Source: an uncultured Chloroflexia bacterium
Lineage (GTDB): Bacteria; Chloroflexota; Anaerolineae; B4-G1; SLSP01
Length of the DNA stretch: 64,000 nt
NCBI GenBank assembly: GCA_963751345.1
Contig: CAVVUS010000022.1
Coordinates: forward strand, 1-64,000
Direction of reading: 5' to 3'
The position numbers and the translations under genes are program-made. The notes under the pieces were generated by a model, which saw nothing but the letters and a program-made list of their open reading frames with translations, did not search any database and was not told the origin of the DNA. Within the stretch, counting starts at the first letter, position 1; every line of letters begins with the position of its first letter. Shown here piece by piece: positions 28,478-40,454 of this stretch.

Positions 28478-29470
28478 ATGCTAAGAGCCCTTTATCTGTT
28501 GAACACTGACGCCTACAACAAGATCTACGGCGCACCCGAGCGTGAGGCCATCGCCTCGCTGGTCGAGATCGTTGCGCCGCAGCAGACTGCAGAGAGCGTG
28601 CGCATGCACCCGGAGATACTCTCCGAGATCGACGCGATCTTCTCCGGCTGGGGCATGACGCCGCTGGACGAGGGCTTCCTCGCGGCGGCGCCCCGGCTCA
28701 AGGTCGTCTTCTACGGTGCGGGATCGATCCATGGGTTCGCTACCGATGCGGCATGGGATCGTGGGGTGACGATCACCAGCGCGTGGGCCGCCAACGCTGT
28801 GCCGGTGGCGGAGTACACGCTCTCGCAGATCATCTTCAGCCTCAAGCGGGGCTGGTACCACGCGCTGACCATCAAGCGCGAGCAGGCCTGGATCCGGCAG
28901 GCGCCGGTGCCCGGCGCCTACGACAGCACGGTCGGCCTCATCTCGCTGGGCATGGTCGGGCGGATGGTTGCGGAGCGGCTGAAGGCGCTCGACGTGAACG
29001 TGATCGCCTACGATCCCTTTGTCTCGACCGAGACCGCCGCCGCGCTGGGCGTGCGCCTGGTCGCGCTCGACGATGTCTTCCGCCTGGCGGACGTCGTGTC
29101 GCTCCACACGCCTAAGCTACCCGAGACCCTGGGGATGATCACCGGCGAGCATCTCGGGGCCATGAAGCAGGGCGCCACCTTTATCAACACCGCCCGCGGC
29201 GCCATCGTCCGCGAGACGGAGATGACGGCGGTCCTCGCGGCGCGCCCCGATCTCTTCGCTATCCTTGACGTGACCGATCCCGAGCCGCCGGTGCCCGGCT
29301 CACCGCTCTACGCGTTGCCCAACGTCGTGCTGACCCCGCACATCGCGGGGTCGATGAACAGCGAGTGTCGCCGTATGGGCCGGTATATGATCGAGGAATG
29401 CCAACGCTACCTCGCGGGCGAGCCGCTCAAGTGGGCGATCGACCGCGAGCAGGCGAAGAGACTGGCGTGA
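28478..29470 (+). CDS. D-2-hydroxyacid dehydrogenase family
   Basis: PVAEY, SLGMVGR, SLHTP, INTARG, LDVTDPEP, TPHIAG. Confidence 0.92.
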   Translation: MLRALYLLNTDAYNKIYGAPEREAIASLVEIVAPQQTAESVRMHPEILSEIDAIFSGWGMTPLDEGFLAAAPRLKVVFYGAGSIHGFATDAAWDRGVTITSAWAANAVPVAEYTLSQIIFSLKRGWYHALTIKREQAWIRQAPVPGAYDSTVGLISLGMVGRMVAERLKALDVNVIAYDPFVSTETAAALGVRLVALDDVFRLADVVSLHTPKLPETLGMITGEHLGAMKQGATFINTARGAIVRETEMTAVLAARPDLFAILDVTDPEPPVPGSPLYALPNVVLTPHIAGSMNSECRRMGRYMIEECQRYLAGEPLKWAIDREQAKRLA

Positions 29471-29491
29471 AACACCTGATAGCTCGTGTTC

Positions 29492-29514
29492 CAGGCGGAT
29501 CTGTGATCCGCCTG
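29492..29514. terminator. Perfect hairpin after the dehydrogenase
   Basis: CAGGCGGATC-TGT-GATCCGCCTG; no U-tract. Confidence 0.4.
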
Positions 29515-29599
29515 TGAACCAGAAGCGAAGCCCCCTGATTCCGTGCCAGGAGGGAAAACAACGGATGAGATACGATCCACGACTCACCGGAGGTGCCAG

Positions 29600-30335
29600 A
29601 TGGCCTATTACAGTGACAGCCTGACCCGCGAAGTCCGTCTCGAGCGGATGCGGCCCGAGGAGGTCGAAGCCGCCAAGGCAGCGCAGCCCGCCATCTATGT
29701 GGCCTTCGGGTCCATCGAATGGCACGGGTACCATAACCCGGTGGGGCTCGACGCGGTCAAAGCGCACGAGCAGCTCGTGGGGCTGGCGTCGCGCGTCGGC
29801 GGCGTCGTCTATCCGGCGGTCTTCCTCGGTGCAGGTGGCGGCCACACCGGGTGGCCGAGCACTTTCATGGTCTCGGCTGAACCTATGGTACAAATCGTCA
29901 CCGAGCTGCTGTGGGGCTTCGAGCGCGATGGCTACCGCAAGGCGATACTGATCTCGGGCCACTACCCTAACCGGCCGGAGTATCTCGACGCCGCTCGCGC
30001 CACCTACCTCAGTCACGGCGGAACCATGAAGGTGTTGGCCCTCATCGAGAATGAGGTCCCCGGCGCCGAGGGCGACCACGCGGCGAAATACGAGACCTCG
30101 TATATGCTCTATCTTCATGCCCGAGCTGGTGGACATGACGCGGCTCAAGGCCGGGCGCCAGGACGACCTCCGTGGGCCGGACGAGGTGGTGAATTGGATG
30201 GTGCCCGAGTACGAGGGCCATCCCAACTACGGCCTCGTCGGCATCGATCCCCGCGCCCACGCCTCGGCGGAGGTGGGGCGGGTCAATACCGAGGCGGTGA
30301 TTGGGTTTCTGGCGGAGTGGGTTGACAAGCGATAG
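29600..30335 (+). CDS. Creatininase family amidohydrolase (frameshift near 30120)
   Basis: GSIEWHG.H.P.G.D, SGH, DHAAKYETS. Confidence 0.85.
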
Positions 30336-30344
30336 GAGGCACCA

Positions 30345-32299
30345 ATGTCTCATCTGCCGATCAAGCGCATGACGCTGTACAAGCACGGCGTAGGGTTCTT
30401 CGAGCGCCGCGCAACGCTGTCAGCGGAGAAGGTCGAGCTCTCCTTCCGCGAGGAGGAGATGAACGACATCCTGAAGAGCATCACCGCGATCGATTGGGAC
30501 GGCGGGCAGGTGCTGGGGATCGACTACGCCACGCCCCAGAGCCGCGAGGAGCGGCTGGCGGGCTGCTCCATCCGCCTCGACGACGACCGCAGCCTGCAGG
30601 ATCTGCTGGTGGGCCTACGCGGGCGCCGGGTGACGCTGCGACTGGACCAGGGCGAGACGGCAACCGGCACGCTTCTGGGCGTGGACGAGGCCCCGGAGCG
30701 CCAGCCGCTAGCGACCGCGCTCGTCTCGCTGCTGAGGGATGAGACGGAGCAAGTCGGGGTGGTGACCCTGGCGCGCGTGCAGGGCGTCGAGATTCTCGAT
30801 GAGCGAGGCGCGAGCGACCTGCGCTTCTTCCTCCAGACGGCGCTCAGCCAGGAGGCCTTCCGCAGCGTCACGATACGGCTCACGCCGGGCGATCACGACC
30901 TCTCGGTGAGCTACATTGCGCCCGCGCCCACCTGGCGCGTGAGCTACAGGCTCGTCGCCGAGCCCGAGCGAGGCGGAGGACGGGCGCGGCGCGGCGGGCG
31001 GAGCGCTCCTCCAGGGCTGGGGGATCTTCGACAACCGCCTCGAGGAGGACCTGGAGGGCATCTCGCTCTCGCTCGTGGCGGGGATGCCGATCTCGTTCGT
31101 CTACAACCTTTACACGCCCTTCACACCCGAGCGCCCGGTCATCGAGGAAGAGGCGCGGGTCGCCGCCGGACTGGTCAGCTTCGGCGCCGCGCGAGGGATG
31201 AAGCAGGTGCCGAGCCCGAGGCCATGCCCGCCCGGCGCCGATGGCTCGCGATGCTCAGGACGCTGCCGCTGCACCGCCGCGGCGGGCGCATCGACATCGA
31301 CGCAATGCAGCACGCCGCCGCCGTCCGGACGAGGGCGCCGCCCTGGGCGAGCTCTTCCAATACAATATCGGCGACCCCGGTCACGGTCGGGCGCGGCCAC
31401 TCGGCGATGGCGCCGATCGCCCAGGCCACGCTGGCCTACACCAAGGACCTGATCTACAACGGGCAGAAGATGGCGACCCACCCCGTCGCGACGCTGCGGC
31501 TCAAGAACGAGACCGGACTGACGCTGGAGCGCGGGCCGGTGACCGTGATCGAGGGCGGCAACTACGTCGGGGAGGCGATGCTGCCCTTCACCGTCATCGA
31601 GGACGAGATCGTCGTGCCCTACGCCGTCGAGCTTGGCGTCAAGGTCGGCGAGCAAAACGGGACGACGCGCGAGACCCGCGGCATCGTCATCTCGGGCGCC
31701 TACCTGCAGTTCGACGAGTGGGAGACGCGCTGGCGCGAGTACCGGATCAATAACACCACGGCCAAGCCGGTCACCGTCCTGATCGAGCATCCGCGGACGG
31801 AGTACTACGTGCTCTTCGACACGCCCGAGCCTAAGGAACGAACCGAGGACCAACTACGTTTCGAGGTCGACGTGCCGCGGCAGGACGAGGTGACGCTCAA
31901 GGTGCAGGAGCGGCGGCTCCTCCGGCGGCGTGAGGAGATCCAGAAGCAGTCCTACCAGGGGCTGCAGCAATACCTCAAACAGGGGCTGCTCGACGCCCGC
32001 GCAATGGCGGCGCTGACCGAGTTACTCAAGCTCTGGGAAGCCATCGAGGACCAGGAGCGAGAGCTAACCCTGGTGGAGAAGGAGCGGGAGAAGATCTACA
32101 AGGCGCAACAGCAGATCCAGGGCAACATGGGGGCGCTGGGCCAGACGGGCAAAGAGGGCGCGCTCCGCGCCCGCTACGTCGAGCAATTGGAGGGCACGGA
32201 GGGTGAACTGCGCGCCCTGTCCCAGCGAGAGACCCGGGCGCAGGCGGAATGGCGCGGCTTACGCGCGAGGTCGAGAAGAGGGTGCGGGCGCTGTCGTAG
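30345..32299 (+). CDS. DUF4139/DUF4140-type protein with C-terminal coiled coil (frameshifts; end approximate)
   Basis: LPIKR.TLYKHGVGFFER, MNDILKS, SY..PAP.WRVSYRL, N.TGLTLE.GPVTV. Confidence 0.7.
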
Positions 32300-32311
32300 A
32301 AGCTTGGCCGG

Positions 32312-32885
32312 TCAGCAGTCAGAGCAGGGATCGCCCGCATCCGGCTGGTACAGCCGGTCTTCGGTCCACAGGGCCGGATTTGAGACAATGTAGGCGCGGA
32401 TGCGGGCGAGTTCCGCCTGGTTGCGCACAATGTGGTCCCAGAAGTTCCGCTGCCACACGAGCGTGCCTTGCGTGTGGCGCATATGATTGATGCGCCGAGT
32501 CGAGACCGACTGAATGTTACCGAGGATGGCGCCCAAAGAACCGGCTACCACACCCTTTGGGCGGGATAACGTCGCCAGTGCCCATAGCGCTGGAATCCGG
32601 ACGTCACTCGCCGATCGACATGATCTCAATCAATCCATGCACGTGGTTCGGCATCACCTGAAAAACATCCAGACGAACATTTGGGTTGTGGTCGGGCATC
32701 TCCGACCAAAGCGTCGCGACCACGCGGCCAAACGCGTTCAGGTGCATCGTGCCTTCCTGCACCTCCCCAAACAGCCACACACGGCGATACGTGCACAACG
32801 TCACGAAATAGTAGCCCGACGATCGGTAGTCATATCCCCGCAGCCGAATCGAACGGCGATGATGTCGATCAGGATCACAGGACAT
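32312..32885 (-). mobile_element. REP-associated tyrosine (Y1/HUH) transposase, RAYT; frameshift near 32605
   Basis: HRRSIRL.GYDY...G.YFVT.CT, VMPNHVHG (HUH), WQRNFWDHIVR, YIVSNP. Confidence 0.9.
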
Positions 32886-32918
32886 AAAGGCATCCTTACC
32901 CCAAATGCAAAACCGTAT

Positions 32919-33177
32919 GTAGGGGCGACGCATTCCGCGTCCGGCCGCCTCGTTCAGGCGCCCTGGGACACGCAGCTACCCACATCGCCACGCGTTTCGC
33001 CGGAATGCGTCGCCCCGCGCGTGGCGGACCACCGCACCCGAGGTCACTGCGTGCGTGGGGGCCTCTGCGATCCGCTGGGCGAGGCATTCCCAACACGGCA
33101 TCTTCCCACGACGCTGCCTTCGGGTCCTGACCATGTACGCTACCGACGCACCTACTGCGGGAATGCCTCGCCCCTAC
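32919..33177. repeat. Two inverted GTAG-type REP pairs (REPIN-like) upstream of the RAYT
   Basis: GTAGGGGCGACGCATTCCG / CGGAATGCGTCGCCCC; GGGCGAGGCATTCCC / GGGAATGCCTCGCCCCTAC. Confidence 0.85.
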
Positions 33178-33317
33178 AGCAATCCTGCTACACCGGAATG
33201 TTCGTTTGCTGCAGGTTCAGTATATGGCAGGCAAAAAGACCTCACAAGCCACGGAACGCATCTCCACTCGCGTTTTCGCGAGCCTGGACTAAGATGACGC
33301 GCAGGAGGCGTATCCGT

Positions 33318-34109
33318 ATGTCCACGATCCAGACAGGCTTGGTATCCGTCACGTTCCGCGCGCTCGCACCGCGGGCCATCGTCGAGCTCGTGGCCCAGGC
33401 CGGCGCTCGACGCCATCGAGTGGGGTGGCGACGTCCACGTGCCCCACGGCGATGTAGAAACTGCCCGCGAGGTGCGCCGGATGACACTCGATGCAGGAAT
33501 CCTGATCCCTTCCTACGGATCGTACTATCGCGTCGGCCACGAGGAGACCGGCCCCTTCGAGGCCGTCCTGGAGACGGCGGTCGCGCTGGAGCGCCCGTGA
33601 TCCGCGTGTGGGCCGGCAGAGAGGGCTCAGCCCAGGCGGACGCCGCCTATTGGGATCGTGTGGTGGCCGATTCGCGGCGCATCGCCGATCTTGCCTCGGC
33701 CGAGGGCCTGCGCATCGCCTACGAGTATCACGGCAACACGCTGACCGACACCGATGACGCCGCCCTCCGGCTGCTGCGAACGGTGGACCATCCTGCCGTG
33801 GGCACCTATTGGCAGCGGCGCGACGACGGCGATTTCGCCCAGGATCTCGCAGGACTGCGCGCCGTGCTCCCCTGGCTGGTGCACGTTCACGTCCAGGCAT
33901 CCGCCGGCGGCGCCCGCCTCCCGCTCGACGCGATGGCGGCGGAGTGGCGCCAGGCCCTCGCCATCGTCGCGGAGACCGGTCGACCGCACACAGCAATGAT
34001 CGAGTTCGTCAAGGACGACACACCCGAGCAGTTCCTGGCGGACGCAGCGGTGCTGCGGCGACTGACGTGCGCTGCTCACAGTTCATCGATTTACTACCCT
34101 GTTCTCTGA
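33318..34109 (+). CDS. Sugar phosphate isomerase/epimerase (xylose-isomerase-like TIM barrel), frameshifted
   Basis: GLVSVTFR, IEWGGDVH, SYGSYYR, IRVWAG, EYHGNTLTD. Confidence 0.82.
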   Translation: MSTIQTGLVSVTFRALAPRAIVELVAQAGARRHRVGWRRPRAPRRCRNCPRGAPDDTRCRNPDPFLRIVLSRRPRGDRPLRGRPGDGGRAGAPVIRVWAGREGSAQADAAYWDRVVADSRRIADLASAEGLRIAYEYHGNTLTDTDDAALRLLRTVDHPAVGTYWQRRDDGDFAQDLAGLRAVLPWLVHVHVQASAGGARLPLDAMAAEWRQALAIVAETGRPHTAMIEFVKDDTPEQFLADAAVLRRLTCAAHSSSIYYPVL

Positions 34110-34154
34110 TTCTTACATTCTCTGATTCGCTCACTCATCCGAAAGGAGATCCCT

Positions 34155-34924
34155 GTGACACATCCGAAATTGACGGCGCAGTTGTACACGGTTCGAGAGT
34201 TCACCAGACGGCGGCTGATTTCCGCGCGAGCATGGAGAAGGTCGCCGACATCGGCTACACCGCGGTGCAGGTCTCGGCCATTGGCCCCATCCCCCACGAG
34301 GAGGTGAAAGCGATCACCGACGAATTCGGGCTCGCCATCTGCATCACCCACGTCGGGTTCGACTATCTGCAGAACGACATGGAGGCCGCCATCGCGCAGC
34401 ACAAGCTCTGGGCGTGTCCCAACGTAGCGGTCGGCAGTATGCCGCCGGCGTACCGCGAGGCTGGCGAGGCCGGCCTCAAGCAGTTCGCCAAGGACGCTAC
34501 GGAGGTCGGCAAGCAGTTGGCCGACGCCGGGCTCACCTTCAGCTACCACAACCACAGCTTCGAGTTCGCCCGCTACGGCGCGCGAACCGGGCTGGACATG
34601 ATCTACGAGGAGAGCGATCCGCGGTATCTGATGGCCGAGCTGGACACCTATTGGGTCCAGCACGGCGGTGGCGACGTCATCGTCTGGATCGACAAGCTAT
34701 CAGGCCGGATGCCCGTGATCCACTTCAAGGACATGGTGATCGTCGAGGGCCAGCAGACGATGGCCGAGATCGGCGAGGGCAACCTCAACTGGGAGGGTAT
34801 CATCGACGCCTGCGAATCATCCGGCGTCGAGTGGTACGCCATCGAGCAGGACATCTGCAGGCGAGATCCGTTCGAGAGCCTGAAAATCAGCTACGACAAT
34901 CTCCGTGCGATGGGAGTGGAGTGA
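34155..34924 (+). CDS. Sugar phosphate isomerase/epimerase TIM barrel (frameshift near 34205)
   Basis: AQLYTVRE, YHNHSFEF, ELDTYW, IHFKD, EIGEGNL, IEQD. Confidence 0.88.
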
Positions 34925-35212
34925 CGACCGGCGGACGATGAATCCCCAGATGGATCCGTCGTCAGGCGGCACGACGCCATAGCTCTCAATAGCACTCTTG
35001 CACACGCAGGCGCAAATCCGTACGCCCGCGGCGCAAGTTTGTGGTACCCTTAGGGACATCGTTACCGGGGAGGGACCGGCGCCGTTTCGGATCCCTTGCT
35101 GCGGAAGGGACGCCCCGCCGGGCACACCGCCCGATAACGTCAGCGTTTTCACGGAACAGGCAAGGGCCTGTAGGAACGGGCGAAGGCCTGTAGCTAATCA
35201 CGGAGGAATGTT

Positions 35213-35965
35213 ATGCCGATTCTTTTTGGCGTCGGCGCCGTACTTCTGATCGTCGTCCTCATCGGATGGTTGCGAGATAGTGCCGAGCGCCGGCGCGCCA
35301 ACGGCCTGCGCAAGCAGATTGAGCAACTGGGGTTTGAGTTCAGCAAGGAAGGCGACAACCAGATCGTCAAGGGGCCCTCGCGGTTTTTGCTCTTCTCTCA
35401 GGGCATCTCGGCCGAGACGCGTTACGTGATGCGACGCCCGGCGACAGAGCCGGATGACGCGCCCGACTTGGCGCTTTTTGAATACGTCTTCACCGTGCCA
35501 TTCGGACGTTACTATCAGAACTGGATCCAGACCATCGCCCGGTTGGCAGTACCTTCATTTTCGTTGCCCACCTTCTCGGTGATGCCACAGGCGGTCTTCG
35601 ATGCCCTGGCGACGCGCACCCGCGACAAGGAGCTGCGCGAGCGGTTGCTCGAATCGCCCGGCCTGAAATTCGATGGACATCCTGAGTTCACCGAACAGCA
35701 CCACGTACAGGCTTACGATCGCACGGCCGTCCAGGCCCTGATCACAGATGAACTGATTGACTTCTTCGAACATCACGACCGGCTCTGCATGGAGGCCAGT
35801 GAGACGACGGTGCTCCTCTACAGGTTTGACACGCTTACCAAGGCAGCCGAACTGCCGGCGTTCATCGACGAGGCGGAGGAAGCCCTCCGGCTCCTGGAAG
35901 CAAGTCAGCGAGAAATCGATCGGCAGACCAGCGACACAGCGAACGAGCCTGCTTTGCCAGGCTAG
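35213..35965 (+). CDS. Hypothetical protein with an N-terminal TM helix
   Basis: GGAGG RBS, hydrophobic N-terminus, intact 250-aa ORF. Confidence 0.65.
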   Translation: MPILFGVGAVLLIVVLIGWLRDSAERRRANGLRKQIEQLGFEFSKEGDNQIVKGPSRFLLFSQGISAETRYVMRRPATEPDDAPDLALFEYVFTVPFGRYYQNWIQTIARLAVPSFSLPTFSVMPQAVFDALATRTRDKELRERLLESPGLKFDGHPEFTEQHHVQAYDRTAVQALITDELIDFFEHHDRLCMEASETTVLLYRFDTLTKAAELPAFIDEAEEALRLLEASQREIDRQTSDTANEPALPG

Positions 35966-36067
35966 CGGTCGCCTGAAGCCGCGAGTCCTGTGGCACGTGC
36001 TTGCTTGCGTGCCACTTGCTTGTTCTGAATGCGTCGATCTGCCTACTCTCACGAAGGAGGGCACACT

Positions 36068-36890
36068 ATGACGATCCCCGTTGGCGCGGTCAGTCTCGGA
36101 TGGAGCGGCACGCCGCTTCCGGAGGTGTTCAGCGAGCTTGCCGCGATGGGCGGCACGTGCGTCGAGATTAACGGCAACTCAGAGCGACACCACGGCATCG
36201 CACTGAACGCCGGGACCGCGCACCAGATCCTAGAATGGGCCAATGATGCGGGGCTCACGATCCGGAGCTTGAGCGGCTACTGTGACTTCGCGCTGACCGA
36301 CGAGGAAGCGCTGGAGACCGAGATCGCGCGGCTGATGGCGACGTGCCGCGCAGCATCGGAGATGCAGGTGCCGGTGGTGCGTACCTTCGTGGGCGACGTC
36401 AAGCCGGGCACGACGCTGGCGGCGGTGCGCCGCCCGATGATCGCGGCGCTCCGCAAGTCGTGTGCGCTCGCCGGGGTGCTCGGCGTGACCCTGGGTATCG
36501 AGAATCACGGGCGGCTGATCAACGATGGCCCCGCGCTGGCAGCCCTGGTGGACGAGGTCGGGGTCGACAACCTGGGCTTTACGATCGACACGGGCAACTT
36601 CGCCTGGGCGGGCCACGACGCCAGCCCAGGTGCGTGCCGACTTCCAGGCGGTCCTGCCGCGCGCCGTCAGCGTGCACGTCAAGGATGGCGTGTGGATCGA
36701 GGGCGGCTTCGAGTTCGTGCCCGCAGGCGCCGGAGATCTGGAGATTGATTGGCTGATCGGCCAACTGAAGGCACAGGCGTATGAGGGTCCACTCTACAGC
36801 GAATACGAGGGCACTGCGGACTTTCGCCAGAGCACCCGGCGGAGCATTGCATATTTGAAGGAGGCGGTGGCCCGGATTCAGCCAGCCTGA
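36068..36890 (+). CDS. Sugar phosphate isomerase/epimerase TIM barrel (frameshift near 36620)
   Basis: LGIENHG, DTGNF, VHVKD, G.GDL, SEYEG. Confidence 0.85.
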
Positions 36891-36892
36891 CG

Positions 36893-39334
36893 TCAGTGCG
36901 TCTCCAACTCCACCAGAAGTGTGTCCGCGTCCGCACCCGTCTGCCACAACGCCATCGTGTCACTCCAATAGGCACCCGTGCGCAGCCAGAGCGACGTGCT
37001 GTCCGCGGGCAAGTCGAAACGATGCCGCTGGACGAAGACGTCCCCTGTGCGCAGGACCAGGGGCCAGACACCAAGTCCATCAGCGTTGGCCATGACATCG
37101 CCCTGCTCGGTCACCAGGTGTGCCACGATCGAGAAGTTGCGCGTGATCGGCGCGTCGACGACGCGCCACCACGTCTCCACCTCAAGCGTGTCCCCCTCCT
37201 CCACCGTCGACACGCCCAGGAAGGCCAGCGGCCCATCGACTAGCGCAGGCAGCATCGTCTTCGGCTGCCGTCGTGGCGCAGACACGCGCGTCACCAAGAT
37301 CAGCCGGCCCGAGCTCCGCGGGCACGGCGTACGCGAGGCCGGCAGGCATAGCAGGACCACCTCCCGGAAGCTGCGCTGCGGCCTCGGCGGGCGTTCCCGC
37401 CTGAGCAGGGCTCCCCGCCTGGGCGGGCGTCCACTCGTAGAGCGCAAAGGGCGAGGAGGCCCGGCGATTCAGATACGAGAACCGCGCGGGGGCCAGTGAG
37501 CGCGCAAGGAAGCCATCGGTAGCGACGGGACGCTGGTTCTGCGCTGCACCGCGTCCCGTGCGCATCACTGAGAAGGTCCCCATCGATCACGTAGACGCCG
37601 TAGGTCTGCCCGCCACCGGGATAGAGCCAGGCCTGCGTGCAGTCGAACCCCACGTTCCGCAGATCCGTACGTCCGAACCCCGTCTCGATGGCCGCCTCAT
37701 CCAGCGGCAGGGTAGGCGTGCCGCACTGTGCCACCCACGCGAGTCGAAAACGGCGGCACATCGTAGACCAGCAGGCTGGCATCGATCGTCGTCGCGGGCA
37801 CCCAATGGCGAAACCACTCATACGCGTACAAATCATCCGTACCGATGCCCTGGAGCGCGGACGCGCCGACCAGGTATCGACCGGGGGCCGGTCGGAGCGG
37901 AGTCTCAGGCGGGCCGGTGTAGACCGGCGAACCGCCCCCGTCACTCGCCGCGGCTTCGAATGCAGCTTCCTGACGCGCCGTCCTCTGTCCCCAGTCGAGG
38001 TTCGAGTCGGCCAAATACCGGTATCCCTGCGTTGGCCCGCCAACCAGGCCGCTGAAGAATGCGAGCTCATTGGGAAAGCACCGCAGGACCACAACCGCGG
38101 ACCAGAGCCCCAGTGCCGCAGGAACCCAGCGTCGCCACGGCGGCGCCCCGCGCCACCAGAGCGCGAGACCGCCCCCGGCGATGAGGTCGAAAAAGGGATG
38201 GATAGGAATGACGTGGCGGTACCCGATGTTCATTCCCTCGAACAACATGGCCAGGACATACAGCAGGGGAAAGACCAGCAGCCACACCAGACTCCGGCGG
38301 GTGCGAGGGGAAACAAAGAGCGTGACACCGGCGGCCAGCCACGCGAGTAGAAGCGGAAGGGGATTCTTGATCACGAAAGCCAGGGGAAAATACCACCATT
38401 GAGATTCGTAGAAGCGGCGCCCCAGCGCGTAGAAGACCGACGTATAGCCGGTCAGGTAGAACGCGCTCTCCCAGTAGGAGGGAGCCGGCACGGAAAAGGT
38501 CGTTCCCCCGACGCTTCCCCACTGAAACCCGTAGCCCGCCCACAGTATCAGGAGCGTCAGGCATCCCGCGACCGCGGCCTGGCGTAGGCCCCAACGGCGG
38601 TCTTTCGTCCGGTAGCCCCGGATCACCGCCGAGGCCATCACGATGGCGGCGCATGCCCCCCAGATGGGCCCTGAGATCTTCGACAGAAGCGTCGCACCCA
38701 ACAATGCGCCGGCGGCAAGACTCCACCGCCACCCGCCCGTACGTGACCACCGCCACGCAGCATAGAGCGCGGCCGTGCCAAAGAACGTGACCGCGATGTC
38801 AGACGTGGCAAGCGATCCGTGGGCCAGCAACGTGGGGTCGACGACCAGGCACGCCAGCGCCAGCAACCCCGCAGGACGTCCGAAGAGCTGACGAGCCCAA
38901 CGCGTGATCAGCGCTGCCAGCAGAAAGCTCAGCCAGATGGTGGGCATCCGGGTCAAGAAGACGGCACGGTCGAAGTCGGGCAGAACCTGCAGGAAGCTCT
39001 CGGCGAAGCGATCGAAGCCATCGGGCCATCCAGGAAGCGTCGTCACGGGAAGGCGGGGGCTCTCCAGCAGGAGCATGCAGCCATCAAGGATGGGAGCCAA
39101 CGGAGGATAGCCGCGCTGGGCAAGCATCTCCAGCGCCGCCGGTCCATCCTCCAACATAGCATAACCGCCGGCCACGTAAGCCGGCTCGTCAGCAGTATAG
39201 GAAAGCGCCCCTGCGCCCAACGTGAGCAATGCGAAGAATGTCAGTAGGAATGCCCAGCTCACACTGAGGACCGGGATCGAGCTCCCCGCTCTCAATCGGT
39301 CGTTCGTGTCCACATCGATCCTTAACGCAATCAT
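36893..39334 (-). CDS. GT39/ArnT-PMT family membrane glycosyltransferase with extracellular C-terminal domain (frameshifts)
   Basis: T.DEP, PPL, DP.LLAHG.LAT.D, LLSK, ADSNLDWGQ; many TM helices. Confidence 0.8.
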
Positions 39335-39478
39335 GATAGCACATTTGCGGTGAGTCAACTTTGCGGGGATTCGGCAAGCCCAGCGGCTAACAGTCGTAAC
39401 CGCACCTGATTGCCCTTGCCGTGATCGGGGGTAGGATGAACGAAGTCAACCGCCCGAACCTACGCCGGGGAGAACTCA

Positions 39479-40436
39479 ATGGACAAGACAACGCATAAAC
39501 CTTGCCTTCGTGGGCAGCGGTGCATGGGCGCGGAGATACCATTTCCCCGCGCTGACCTACCTGCGCCAACACCCCTCGGAGCTGCCCGGCCTCGATCTTC
39601 ATCTGCGGGGCATCTTCAGCCTGGAACCTGAGACCGCCCAGGCTGTCGCCGCCGAGACCGGCTTCGATCGCGTCTACTCGAGCCTGGCAGCCCTTATGGA
39701 GGATCCTGACGTCGATGCCATCGCCGTCGCCGTGACACCGGAGGCCGCTGCCTCGGTGGTACTCCGTGTAGCCGCGAGGGGGGTCCCGCTTTTCAGCGAG
39801 AAGCCCCCCGGCATCAGCACCCGGGAGGCCAGGACACTCAGCGACGGCGTCACGGTGCCCAACGTCCTGGCCTTCAACCGGCGCTTTGCCCCACTCAACA
39901 ACACCTTCAGAAACGTGGTGGGTGCCATGGCCGACATCTATTACGTCGAAGGGCACTTCCTCCGCTTCGAACGCACGGATGAGACGTTCATGATCGGGAC
40001 TGGCATCCACTGGATCAACTACATGGAGTATGTCTGCGGCGAGATCCAGGACGTGACCGTCGACCGGTTCCCGAACCCCGACGGCACGTCGTGGAATCGC
40101 GTCGCCCACCTGACGTTCCCCGGCGGCGTGCGTGGCCTGCTCAAGGTCTTCCCATGCTCGGGCTCCGACATCGAACGGCTTGAGGTGCACAGCCCGCAGC
40201 AGTCGGTCTACCTCGAAGGCCCGCTATGGGACCAGCCGGGGCGCATCACGGTTGATCGAGGCAAGTCGCGAGAGGTGATCGAGACGGACGCAGAGCACCC
40301 TCTTCCCGAGATCGTGCGACTGGGCATTGTGGGGGAGTACGTCGAGTTCTTCACGCAGGCCTGTGCGGGCAGGCCGACCCGCTCAAACTTCCGGAACGCC
40401 GTGAACTCGATGCGGGTCGCGGAGGCAATGGAATGA
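39479..40436 (+). CDS. Gfo/Idh/MocA oxidoreductase (5' frameshift)
   Basis: AFVGSG, DPDVDA, FSEKPP, AFNRRFAP, TGIH. Confidence 0.85.
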
Positions 40437-40454
40437 AACGATGGAGCCTCAACG

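Noticed and set aside
32514-33317. N-terminal half of the 531-aa ORF
   Set aside because: It is antisense to the RAYT and runs through REP DNA; the real gene starts at 33318 after an AGGAGG RBS
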